In this document: piece after piece, positions 48,677 through 60,200 of the stretch
Layout: each line of letters starts with the position of its first letter
How positions within the stretch are numbered: the stretch's first letter is position 1
Source: Yuukianura sp. NJ FZ-2021
Lineage: Eukaryota
NCBI GenBank assembly: GCA_046563655.1
Contig: CM102285.1
Coordinates: forward strand, 5,084,001-5,148,000
Length of the DNA: 64,000 nt
Direction of reading: 5' to 3'
The notes under the pieces: generated by a model
The model's input: only the letters and a program-made list of their open reading frames with translations
Databases searched by the model: none
Told to the model about the DNA's origin: nothing
Made by a program: the position numbers and the translations under genes

Positions 48677-50260
48677 ATGAGCCAGAAGTTAAGGAAAGGT
48701 GAGTATATTTCAAAAAAACAAAGCCTACAGTAATCAATGACTCTTAATTCAGTTATGCCATACACATTTTGGGTTAATTGTACCTTTGATTTGGCACTAA
48801 TTGGTTTTTGAAACATAATTTCAGCTAATACAGTGGAGCGTAAAGAAGACGATGACATGAAGGACGCAGGAAAAGAATTGTGTGAAGATGCTGCTATATT
48901 AGAGGCTGCAAAATCAAATCCGCTACAACGTAGTCAACAATTTCATGAAGCAGTGAAAGATGCAATGCGCTAGAAATCTGCTACCGAAGTTGAGGTAATT
49001 TTTTTTTCTTAAGTTTTTCTTAAATTTTTTTTTTCTTCTTAGTGATGTAAGTACGGTTTGTAAAAGTGACCTATGTAATCATTGAACGTTTTCCATTTAG
49101 GAGTCTGACCCGGAATTTTTGCCAAATGAGGATGAATTAGAGGTAGACGAAGATGATGAGCCAGAAGACGAAGGAGAAGAAGAAGAAGAAGAAGACGCTG
49201 ACAGTGAGGAGAACGAAGGAGGATCAGAAAGTGAAGACGCAGAGGTCAAGGTCATTGAAATTGAAAAAAAAATGGCGGCTAAGGCTCCATCTTTTGTAAA
49301 GGTAAAGTCTTGAAATGAAATCAAAAGTATTACTTACAAAATTAGACTGCATTCGTACTCTTTTTTTCTTGACCTTCATAGAAGGCACAGAGTTCGAAAG
49401 ACGCTGCAGTGAAAACGCAAGGCCAGGTCAGACGGACTCATAGGCAAGCAGTGATAAAGACTGTGAAGGTATCTACGCCAAATTCTGCTAAACGTGTGTT
49501 GACAAAGGTATGTAGTGCGATCATAAACGCTTTTTTTTGGATGACGATGGTTTAGATGATTAACTTTCAAAATGTGATTCAAAATTTACAGTTGACATAC
49601 GGAACCGAAACGCCATCATCTGCATCCAATCCTAAGGCAGGATCCATAACATTTCGTTCCAAGCCGGGATACATACGACCCCAGGGTGCAAAAAAAGTGG
49701 CTGTCAAACGCCCGGCAAATAAAGTCAAGAAATTGGTAATACCACAACTTATTACACAACATATGCCACATTAATATTTGATTAAAATAATTTGTCCTTG
49801 AATCAAGGAGCGCACTATCAGTGGAGAAGAGGACTCCCTATCGGATGACTCTACGTACCAACCGATTAAGAAGAAGAAGAGGTCTGCAAGTGGCAACGTA
49901 AGCAAATTTGGTTTAAAAAAAATTAGTTGTTTCTGTTTCTGTCCATAATTTAGGTCCAAAAATAATATGGTATATATTAATGTATATTTTTAAACCTTAT
50001 TTTTAGGAACTCGTCTTGGACTTTGCACCAACGGAACACGGCGACAACTCGGATGTGTCAATGAGGGATGGAGACATCCATATTGGACAAAATGTGCACG
50101 TAAAGTGGCACAAGTTTAAAGGAAAAACTACATCATGGTCCGTCACTTCGTCGGCGGAGCAGCAGATGGCCGGCGCGGGATTAATATAGATATGCAATAT
50201 TTGCCAAATCTTAAAAAAGCAGTGGACACGGCATATAAATGCTACATGGATTGTCAGTGA
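48677..50260 (+). pseudogene. PC4/Sub1-like ssDNA-binding protein with long acidic and Lys-rich N-terminus, multi-exon
   Basis: Adding one A to the A-run near 50123 gives IGQNVHVKWHKFKGKNYIMVRHF...GRRGINIDMQYLPNLKKAVD, matching the PC4 pattern IG...V....FKGK..I.IR....G.KGI.L. Upstream GT-AG exons are Glu/Asp-rich then Lys-rich, with one in-frame stop near 48971. Confidence 0.75.
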
Positions 50261-50334
50261 GTACGATGTAGACTTTTCAAAAACTTTAATCCCAAATTGA
50301 AAATTTTTGAAAATTAAACTCGTCGTATGACGTC

Positions 50335-51324
50335 CTATCTGATGATTTTCACTTTGTTTTTCTTATTTTCCAAACAAATCCTGATTTTTTGTTCTTGATT
50401 TTTCTTTGCTCGTTTCCTGTCTCTTTCCAGCTGCCGCTTCAAGCGCTTGAGTTGTTGAACTTTCTCGGGTTTTCTCTTTAAAATTAAAAATTTGGTCACT
50501 CATATGCAATGTTACAATGTTCTGAGAATTATAGTTTTATCGATTAAAATAAAAACTTACGATTTCATATTGTTCTAGAGCCCAGTTTTGAATTGGGCGG
50601 ACATCAAACCCAGTTCCCATACTTCGGAAGAAATTGTTTTTTTTCTAATAAAAAATTAAATAGTTATTCTGTGGCAAGAAAATGAACGAGACCAACACCC
50701 AAGTAGTACATATGTACGTGGTACGTATGTGCTACTTGGGTGCAAAGCTTGCAGATTTTTTTACAAAACCCCGGGCAAACTCTAACACCTTATTGCAACC
50801 ATACTCATAATCTTCGACAGCCAACTTAAACCTAACGTAATAAAAACCTACTGTGTTACTCGTACAGGTGCTCTTCCAAATTGTTTACTTTGGATTCCTC
50901 TTCCATTCAGTACTGACTTCCGGCTCTTTGTTTTCTAAACAAAATAACAAACAAATTTTGAGATGAAAGCGTAAAAAAAAATAACAGCAATATCAAAACA
51001 TAGTAACAATCAATGTTAGGTTAAGTCAGGTTACACTTACAGGAGTCCCACCAACTTGTTTAGTATTGCATCCTCTTCCTTCCTGTACTGACTTCTGGCC
51101 TTTTTTGTTCTAAGCAAAACGACAAACAAATATTAAAATGAAATCGTAACAAAAAATAACACCAAATTAAAAAATACTAACAAAAACATCAAAAATAAGA
51201 TCCTCAACCTTATGTTGTACATGTGAAATTGTGTAAACTTTAAATAAAAATTTGAACCGTAATAAAAATGTTATTGGTACCTTGTGGTTTTGTAGTTTCA
51301 ATGCTTGGTATTTTTTCCCCATTT
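50335..51324 (-). CDS. Small Lys/Arg-rich protein gene, multi-exon with a duplicated exon
   Basis: MGKKYQALKLQNHK|gt and a last exon with QQLKRLKRQLERDRKRA. A roughly 175-bp exon-plus-intron unit is repeated at about 50870 and 51045. Confidence 0.4.
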
Positions 51325-52704
51325 TGAAACTAAACGTATTAAAGCTTCTGCAAAAATTATTAACTTTCTTCTTAAAATTCTTTCTCAGCAACTGGGGAGG
51401 GTAGGGTATACGATTTAGTATTAGTTGGTTATTGTCGTCGAATTGCTCATAGCATTTTTTTGTCGTCTTGTACTAACGAACGGATGACAATAAACCAAAA
51501 GTGTGGAAGCAACTTTTTTTGCAAGTTGAAGTTATATCCTTTGGTTCAGAGAACCGAAAAGGCGTCGTGTCAGTTCGACACAAAGACAATCAGACTTGGA
51601 TGGCAAATTGACAGACTGCATTTTTTGCCATCAAGTCATAAATACCTGGGCAACTTGAGATTTGCGGCAGGCAGTAGTGGCTTACAGCCCTCATCACCTT
51701 AGTGCAATTTAGAACGAAGAATGGTCCGCCCTTGTAGCCATATACAACCTCACCGTCCCCGCCATCTCAAACGCAGTTTGCCCGAGGCACCGTTTGTTGA
51801 TGATTGGGGAACTAGTTTTTTTTATAATGCGATGCTACTTTATGTCATGACTGGCCTTACCACCTTCCTTTTTATTTGTTCTGAAATAAACGTTATTCTA
51901 AGGTTGCTCGCTATTTGGAGTAAGAAATAACTTTTATTCGTTCTGCGAACGAACAGAGTTCTTGTAGGATTGAAAGTTGGTCGAAAAGTGAATTCCACGA
52001 GGTCACGGCCGAATCCTTTTTATAGGCATCGGACACGCGCCGTACAAATTACATGCAGATCTAATGTAAACTACATTGTGCACAAAACAAAAGACTATAG
52101 ACTAAAATACAGTTTGAAAATCTAATTTTTAACAAATCTATTTTTAAATACAAAACTGGTTCTAACTAGAATGTTGTGTGCAAAAACAGATACTTTGCAA
52201 AGACTAAGATTTAGCATAAATTTAGGTGTCATTGACTTCACAACAAATTGAAAGAATTGTGTCCTGTGTGTATGGCTGTCGGCGAAACGCTTTACTTCCT
52301 TTCGCTTTTGCCCAACAACTCCCACGAGCAGCCGCAGCACCGGCTGAATAATAATAATAATAATAAATTATAATAAACATACGCTTTGCTTTCTTTCATT
52401 CTTGAACACGAATTGTTCACTGTTGTTTTTTGAGAGATTATTCGAATATTGAAAGATTATGTGGAGTATTAAGGGATTTGCATCGTTCACATTAAATAGG
52501 CATTTGCGTGGTGGCTTCTGCTTCGGCTGCGCCGAAAATCCAAGAAAAAAATTTGGAAACATGCTCAATTTGGATTTTTAAGAGAGTTTATTCCAGAATC
52601 AGACGATTCTTGTGTAAAGTACTTACAAGTTTGAAGAAATTATGAAGAAGTAAATGGTTGATTCAAAAAGTGATAGAAAAAATAATGATTTATACTGAAA
52701 AGAA

Positions 52705-53575
52705 TTAAGTTGTGGTATTGAAAATTGCTTCCACCTTTTTCAGGTTATCCAACCTAACAAGAATAGGCTTCAGCGTCTTTCTGTACTTCTCGATGTCATG
52801 CGCGTAGTATTCGTCTAAATTTAGTTCTTTAAAGCCGTCGTGGTGGCGCGCGCCTGATGCTAATTCAAATAAATCTTCATTCAACAAGAGCTGAACACAA
52901 TCCGCAAGGTCCACTTTCCATGCTTCCGTATCCTTAGGAGTCCTCCCTATTTGCTTTTCCCGTGACAGCTCAGTTTTTTTAAGTCAGTGAATTCCGTCAG
53001 AAAACCTACGCAGCGCGTTTTCCGTTCAAGTGTCGCTGTATTGGTGTTACCATGGCCCGCCTTTAGATATTGCGAAATAACTTTGTTGGCGAACTCATTG
53101 ACAAGGTCAACTGGCAGATTATGACCCGGTTTTCCAATGACATTGATAAACGAATTGAATTTTAAATCATGTCGAACATGAGGGGCTGCTGCACCGGCAA
53201 CGTATGCCAAGAACTTAGTGATGACGCCTCTATATGTTGGATGCCTACGATGAGTATATCTCATCAAACGCGTCTTGACATTTGCGACAATTCTCTCAGC
53301 GTCCCTTTGCCTAATAGAGTCTCGAAAACTTTCTTGCATAAGTCTGCAAAAAATATTTCCAACGCGTGTACCTCAAAACCTTGTCATCTTCTTCTCGTTT
53401 ACATTGTGCCGAGCAAAACCACTTGTTCGAACCGGTGGTGGATTGGTAGAACAAATCCTCATCCAACTCCACGTATTCCTCCGCGTCCAAGCATCTAGGA
53501 ACGTCATCATCGTCGCTCATTTCGTCATTAGCCGAGTCAGTATTGACGACTGGCAGTTCGTTTGGGCAATTTATT
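52705..53575 (-). pseudogene. DUF6589-type / AcademH-like transposase C-terminal half with PHD-finger remnant
   Basis: KWFCSAQC, then DDKVLRY...FRDSIRQRDAERI...Y...L.FNSFINVIGKPGHNLPVDLVNEFAN...DL..CVQLL...LF...GARHH.GF across two frameshifts. Confidence 0.75.
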
Positions 53576-54406
53576 TCCAAAATTCCCCCGTCTGACTGAG
53601 ACCCGCTGCGACCAATGTCAACTGCAATAAATTTGTATTCTGGATCTAAAATGCCGAGCAGCACAATTGAAAAATAGTTTTTGTAGTTGTACCTAACCTG
53701 TAGAAGCTGGATCCAGAACATTTTGGACACCGAACACGAATGTGCTTTCCGTCCATTGACCCAACAGCGTTTTGGTAGTTCCATTTCTCGTTGAATCCTT
53801 GTTCACTTTTTTGCCAGATTTCTTGTGATGGCGATGGAAGATGATGCTTCGGCACCATTTTGTCGCAAATTATGCTCATGGCATCTCTAAGTACCGTACT
53901 GAAGTGCTGCGGCGATATTCGGTAGCGGTAGCTTAAATCCATAGAAATTTGGCTGTTCCCACTAGCTAAAAATCTGGAATTCGTGAAAAATTAAAATGTT
54001 TTCAATTTTTAGAACTTTATTTTCAAGTGTCAACTCACCTCAGCGTTGAAGCAAGTTTATCAATTAATGAAATCGGAACCCGATGAGTTTTCTTCGTCTG
54101 CAGACACGAAATGCTTTCGTAAATTTCGTCAAAGTTCTCTGTCATTCTGTTTTGAATTTGTAAAAGTTATAATAAGGCAAGGTCCCAATTCGAAAAAAAA
54201 AGTAAAATGGCTAACCGAAAATACTTGAAATGATAATAAGGATCCTGGCGAAGTTCTTTCGCCAACAAACTTTCGCCTTTTGACAATCGGTTCAAAAAAA
54301 TGGGCCGAATGTACTCTGACCTTCTTTTCTTTTTTTGAATCACTTTGTTTCGAATACGGCGCAACACAAGCAAACGTACGGCCAATTGTAACTTTGAAGG
54401 AGCCAT
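53576..54406 (-). pseudogene. PIF/Harbinger transposase (HARBI1-like), N-terminal part with two introns
   Basis: ELRQDP..HFKYFR, THRVPIS..DKLASTLRFLASG, F.EKWNYQNAVGSMDGKHIRV.CP..SGS.FY, NYKNYFSIVL...D..YKFIAVDIG..GSQSDGGI. Ends abruptly. Confidence 0.92.
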
Positions 54407-55085
54407 TTTGCTTGAGAACGATTTTTCCTCCCGTAACTTACCGATCCGATCCTAACTTATTGCAAGAAATTCGCGCAGAGAAGGAGCACGGTAAGCAGAG
54501 AGCATGTTGTGCTTGCGCAAAAAAATTGGGAAGTTAGGATGCTAACAATGCAAAGCGCGGGGATGCCACGACAACAGCACAGCAGCAGCACAGTAGGTCC
54601 GTAGCAGGCGTAATACGTCGAGGGCTACACAATTTTGATCAAACTTTTGACTTTTCACGCAAATATTTATTTATGCGTGCTACTTTAGGCGATTTTCCTA
54701 TAGCAATTGGAGAACACGGTTAGTTTTTGCGTATAGTTTACGAAGATCCGCGTTTTCCTAGTATAACGCGCGCCTGGTATAATACGCGCGGGTCCCCTTT
54801 CCTTAGTATAGTACGAGATAATCCGCTTTTTTAGGTAGTGCGCGATAATCCGCCTTTTCCTCAGATAGTGCGCGCTAATCCGCTGAATCCGCCTAATCCG
54901 CGATCCGCCTTTTAAGGAGACCCGATGTAAACATACTAGTAAAAGGCAGACGTGTTGTAATCTAGATCTATATCACCTAAGTTAGCTAAGTTGATTTTTG
55001 TACTAATAAAAGACAAATCTGAATGAAGTAAGTGTATTACTATTACTACTGGTTATTTGTCACGTAAAAAGACGATATGATTTTT

Positions 55086-55483
55086 GGGTTGGATTATACC
55101 CATGTGGGCGCATATTAAAATCTTAGAAAATTTTCGAGAAAAAGGTCAATTACATCTCCAGACAACCCAAAAAATGACCTCTAAAAATGTTGTTGGACTA
55201 TTTTTTGTCTTTTAATTTTTTCTCCTCTGACATATGGTCCTGTGACCTTGCGAGGTCATAGGTTAATCTGAAAGTTAGGTTAGGTTAGGTTACAGCTTCA
55301 AATTGACTTATGACCTCAACGAAAGATCACAGAGTCATATCTCACAGGACAAAAATTGATGCGCTCATCAAGCCCAACAATTTTTGTAGAGGTCATTTTT
55401 GGGTTGTCTGGAGATGTCGTTGACCTTTTTCTCGAAATTTTTCTAAGTTTTTAACACGCGCCCACATGGGTATAATCCAACCC
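55086..55483. mobile_element. Foldback element with (TTAGG)3 at its centre
   Basis: Long inverted arms GGGTTGGATTATACCCATGTGGGCGC... / ...GCGCCCACATGGGTATAATCCAACCC. Confidence 0.85.
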
Positions 55484-56268
55484 CTAAGCATGCTATGCGA
55501 ACAAATATGCTATAAGAACAAAAATGACATTCACCAGTTGGGTCGAATTTATTTGCTCGAAAAGTTCCAAAAATACTATTAAGAACGCATGTGACATGGC
55601 AACGCGGGGTCGTGACTCGCCTCAAATTAATTAACTGTAACGGCTTATAACAATTTACAGAAATGATAAAGTGAGGCCATCAAGGTCACTACAATTCCTT
55701 ATTTTGTGGACCATAATTTACATCGCAACCGTTCACTCGAATCCTGAATGGATGATGTACACAAATACCGACGATGTCTTGTCCGTGTGGGTACAACGGT
55801 TGGAACTTCGTCTTACACCAACGACTGTTTCAATACAAACCTTACTTGACTCACCGATGGACGTAAGGATTAACGAGCTACCTTGTTACCGCCCTGCGTA
55901 ACCACCCTAGGCTACCACCGTTGGCTACACCTAGGTGGCACTTATGTAGCCATTTCGCATAACAACATAAAGCTGCAGCATTAGTTGCCACAATCAGTTC
56001 AAGGACTCTTTTCAGCCGCAGAGCTGCTACACTATGAGGTACAATGACTGTCGTCAAAGTTTATTCCGACTGACGAAATTACTCACGAATAACTTGTTTT
56101 AGTAACACCACCGTACCGTAGTAGAGTTGCATAGGTTATCTCCAGTTTTCTGGGTTACTAATAAGTGTGCTTAGTATTTACAGAGTACTGGTTAATTTCT
56201 CTCCTATGCACGCATGGGTTATGTGTAAAAAGCGTAAAAGGTGCCAACGCCAACCCATACCCATAGTA

Positions 56269-56412
56269 CCGTAGGGTCATTTGCTAACAAGAAAAACTGG
56301 GGTCTGACTATTCCACTGACACGTGTTTTTTCTCATTGAGCCAAAGGAGAAAAAACACGTGTCAGTGGAATAGTCAGACCACAGTTTTTCTTGTTAGCAA
56401 ATGACCCTACGG
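56269..56412. mobile_element. Near-perfect palindromic MITE with TA TSD
   Basis: About 66-bp arms CCGTAGGGTCATTTGCTAACAAGAAAAACTG... around a 12-nt loop. A diverged half copy lies at about 19058-19143. Confidence 0.9.
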
Positions 56413-57281
56413 TACAGTACAAAAACATGTGATACACTGGCAGTGGCGAAGGGCAAGAGGGCAACGTAATTCAGGACTGGTTTCTTAAAAATTTGCTCCT
56501 AAAAACTATAATTAACTATAACGTCATGCCATACCATCTACACTATCACAAGGAAGCACGAAAAGAATACAGGTACAACACAGCGTTGACTGTTACCCTT
56601 ATATGAATTCGTTGTCCATTTTCTGTACGAGGCCATAATTCGGGATTGCTTTTATACCTTTTATACTCTCGAATTTTTTCGGGCTAACAAAGTGACATCA
56701 GATGGAGGAAACATAACACTGACATATGCTCAACACCAATTGACCGCAATTGGTAGTTGTAATGTGATGTGTCAAAATCACCGTCTCATTCTCCTTAACA
56801 AGGGTGGGATTCGGCCATTGTATGTGTTTTTGTGTGAATTTGAGATGCAATGCACACAGGGTCATAGTCATACAGTAAGTCATTTGCTAACTTTAAAATT
56901 TTTAACCTTTCTCATTGAGTTAAAAGTAGAAAAAAAGCGGGACGGCTGAATTTTTTGGAGTTTAGCAATTGACAGGAATGCATGTCGGTAGTAGCGTGGA
57001 TCGTGGAACGACGAACGAACGAGGAATTTCATTTTTCCTTGTCCATTTCCTCGGAGGAAATGATAACCTGTATTGGGTGATGGGCTCTACTTAGTAATGT
57101 CGGATTTTGATAATTTTTGGTAGAATTCTGGAGCCAGGATGGTTTTCCTGAACACCCTCTGAAGTTCATAATATCATATTTTCATATCTTATTGGTTTCA
57201 TATCGTGGTATGTTACATTATAGGTGTCGCGTTTTCCAATAGTACTGCTGCGTGTAGCTTCTTATCTATAAAAGGCATACG

Positions 57282-60200
57282 ATGCCAATAACACACGACC
57301 TGGAAGTATCTTCGCCTGGACAGTTGCAACCGGCACCCGTAGACGATGTTCAACACCTAAGCAAAATCCGTGTTACACGTGAGTATAAATATTAAATCAG
57401 TTACCAACACTCAAACAGCTTCAGATTTCCCGAAAATTGATATCTGAAGGGATGATCTGTTGTTTTTGTTTGTTTGTTTTTCAGTTTTTGGAGCGAAGAA
57501 CCTCGTGAAACGTGATTTCTTTCGTACGTATTTACTGTTTGTTTTTCGTCGTAAACTGTGCACTTTGCACTTGTTTTATGGAATGCAGTGATCTGATTTC
57601 TCTAGTGTAATAAGTTCTCATTAATTCTTACAACACTATGATCGCAGGGCTTCCACATCCTTATTGCAAATTAATAGTCAGTGGCAAGAGGACTGGGGAC
57701 GTTCACCAGATGCACAAAACTGAGACTGTCAGGAACACTCTGGATCCATGCTGGAATTCTTATTACGATGTGTAATCTTGTTAAATCTAACTAAATCATT
57801 TTAATTTAATGTGGTTTCGAATTTGATTAAGAAGTATAGGGTGAATTTGTTGTGATATAGCTCATTGACACCAGAAGACACCATTTCTATCTCCATTTGG
57901 AATGCTCGGAAAAGTACGGCAGAGTCAGCTTCCGGCTTCCTTGGATGTGTTCATATCAGTTCGAAATCGGTTGCAAAATTACGAGATGCCGGGCGTACGT
58001 ATTACGAGGATCTAAGATACACTTACTATATTTTGAAGCAGGTCTTTATTTACTTTTCTTTTTCATTTTAGCTCAACTACTCCAATTATGCAAAGCTGCA
58101 GGTCCAAGCCCGGAACCCGTTCGTGGGCAGATCGCTGTCAGTCTCCTGTCGAGAGATCCTCTCAGTAGTTGCCCTGTTGTGATTGACGAAGGAGGTAACT
58201 TCTGTTCAACAAACTTGCAGCATCCTATTCAAGTTCCACGGAAAAGAGGTGGCGTAAGGCAGGCTTCCCGGACATTGGTTCCATCTGAATTTGGTATGGA
58301 ATTACGAATTTTAATAGCCTTTAAGCGCTGCAGGTCAACTTCGAATTTTCTCCCTCCCCATCGTACTTTTTAATTCAGCTGCTAACTGACCAGAGTAGGC
58401 ACGACCGAGTAATTTTAGATTTTGATGAAACTCGAGAACTCGGCAGTTGACCTCAAATGGCCGAATGACCCCCAATTTTTTGTTTGATGCAGTTTGATTG
58501 TCTGAAGTGACGCAGACGAATTCCTTAGGGGATTTGATTTAGCGCGCCTTCTTCTGTTTGGCCCGACCGCGACCCCAACAGCGGGTGCAGTTCGAAAATT
58601 TGATGCTGAGCAAATCTAGTTTTGAATTGAAGTGTGCTGCGGCATTTTGAGACCCTCCGTTTCCAGGGTAGTCGCAAGTTTAAGTTCGCTTCACAATATA
58701 GAAATGATACCCAGAAACGTTCAACTACTTTTGATTTGAACTATCCGCTTGATCATGGTCGCTTACACGTTCGAGTTTCATTCAGTAAAAAGACAAACAT
58801 GAATTTCTACTTTATTCTTTACCCACCGCTATTTCTACTGTCAAACATAAAGCCAAACAAATCTGCAATTTGGGTTTTACACTTGTGTGTCAAAGATTTG
58901 CATGTGTTTTGCGTATACCTACCCATCCTCAATTAGCAGCTGAATTGATTTGATGTACGAGTTAGTTTCGATATTTGTTCTCTCTCGCAGAGATGAAGCT
59001 TTTTGGAATGAGAACAAAACTTTTGCTAATAATAGTAGTTAAATAGTTTTATTGCACCCTAATTTTGGCAACTTTTACAACATTCTTTGTGCATTAGAAA
59101 TCAGAGTGACACCGCAGGGTCAAGTGTTCTATTTTCACATTCCAAGTGGAAAGTCTTCGTGGTATCACCCGTGTGTGCCAAAAGATACTCCCAGCGTTAA
59201 TATACCACTACCCTCGTGTTGGGAGGAAAGAACTACTTCGAACGGGAAACCATATTTTGTCGATCACAACACAAAGACAACACACTTTACGGATCCTAGG
59301 CTTATTGATGAATACGTCCGTTCTCAACCGGAAGTGGTAACCAGTAATGCGATAGAACCTGGCGGTGCTGATTCACATCTAGCTCAGATATCCGTAACCG
59401 AAGAAGAAGAAAACACTGTGTCTGCCAGCAATGGACTATGCGTTCAGAATGTTCGAAGGAGTTCAGCGGAACGCAGAGTTGGCGACAACGTTGCAGTGCC
59501 ACAACACAACCTAAAACCTGTCAAACCGCTAAAAATTGACGACAAGAAGATAGAGAAAGTGGATATCACAGTGAAGCTCAAACAATTACGCATACAGTTG
59601 CAGCTTCTACAACCCGTCACAGGCCATTGTCGACTTCAGATCAGCCGTGATGAAATATTTGAGGTGAAGTATTATCTGTTTGTTAACATTTAATTCTGGA
59701 GAGTTAGTCTTTTACAGATATGAAGATGAATGGGGATTTCTCTCTTTCAATGAGAACGACATGTATATGTTTCTGTAATTGATTTTGGTTTGCAGTCATC
59801 CTATTTAGCCGTTTCTCGCCTTCGTCACAAAGATTTGAGAAAACGGCTTATGGTTAAGTTCAAAGGGGAGGAGGGACTGGATTACGGAGGTCTTGCCAGG
59901 GAGTGGCTTGGCCTGCTTACGAAGGAAATGCTGGATCCGAACTATGGGCTATTTTTGTACACGGAGGGTAAACGGAGTGTCATCATCAATCCCGAATCAC
60001 GTATAAATCCAGTAAGTTTAATTTCATGAATTTCTGTTAGATCTGTAAATGAAGGTTAAGGTTTGCATTTTGTGGGTACATCGGACCGGGCGTACATTCT
60101 TATGCGAAAAGTGGTTAATTGCAGTTTTTCAAGGGAGGGTCGCCTTGTGTCATTGGCATTACCTGCCACTCCACACACTGTGTTTTATCTTCTTCTAATA

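Noticed and set aside
45050..50260. Complete Polinton/Maverick element
   Set aside because: No recognisable capsid, ATPase, adenoviral-type protease, Polinton integrase or long AG-starting TIRs. The nearby integrase is BEL/Pao-type.
55661..56949. Possible secreted-protein exons (55671..55901, 56692..56949)
   Set aside because: A hydrophobic segment and splice donors are present, but no valid start codon or coherent gene model.
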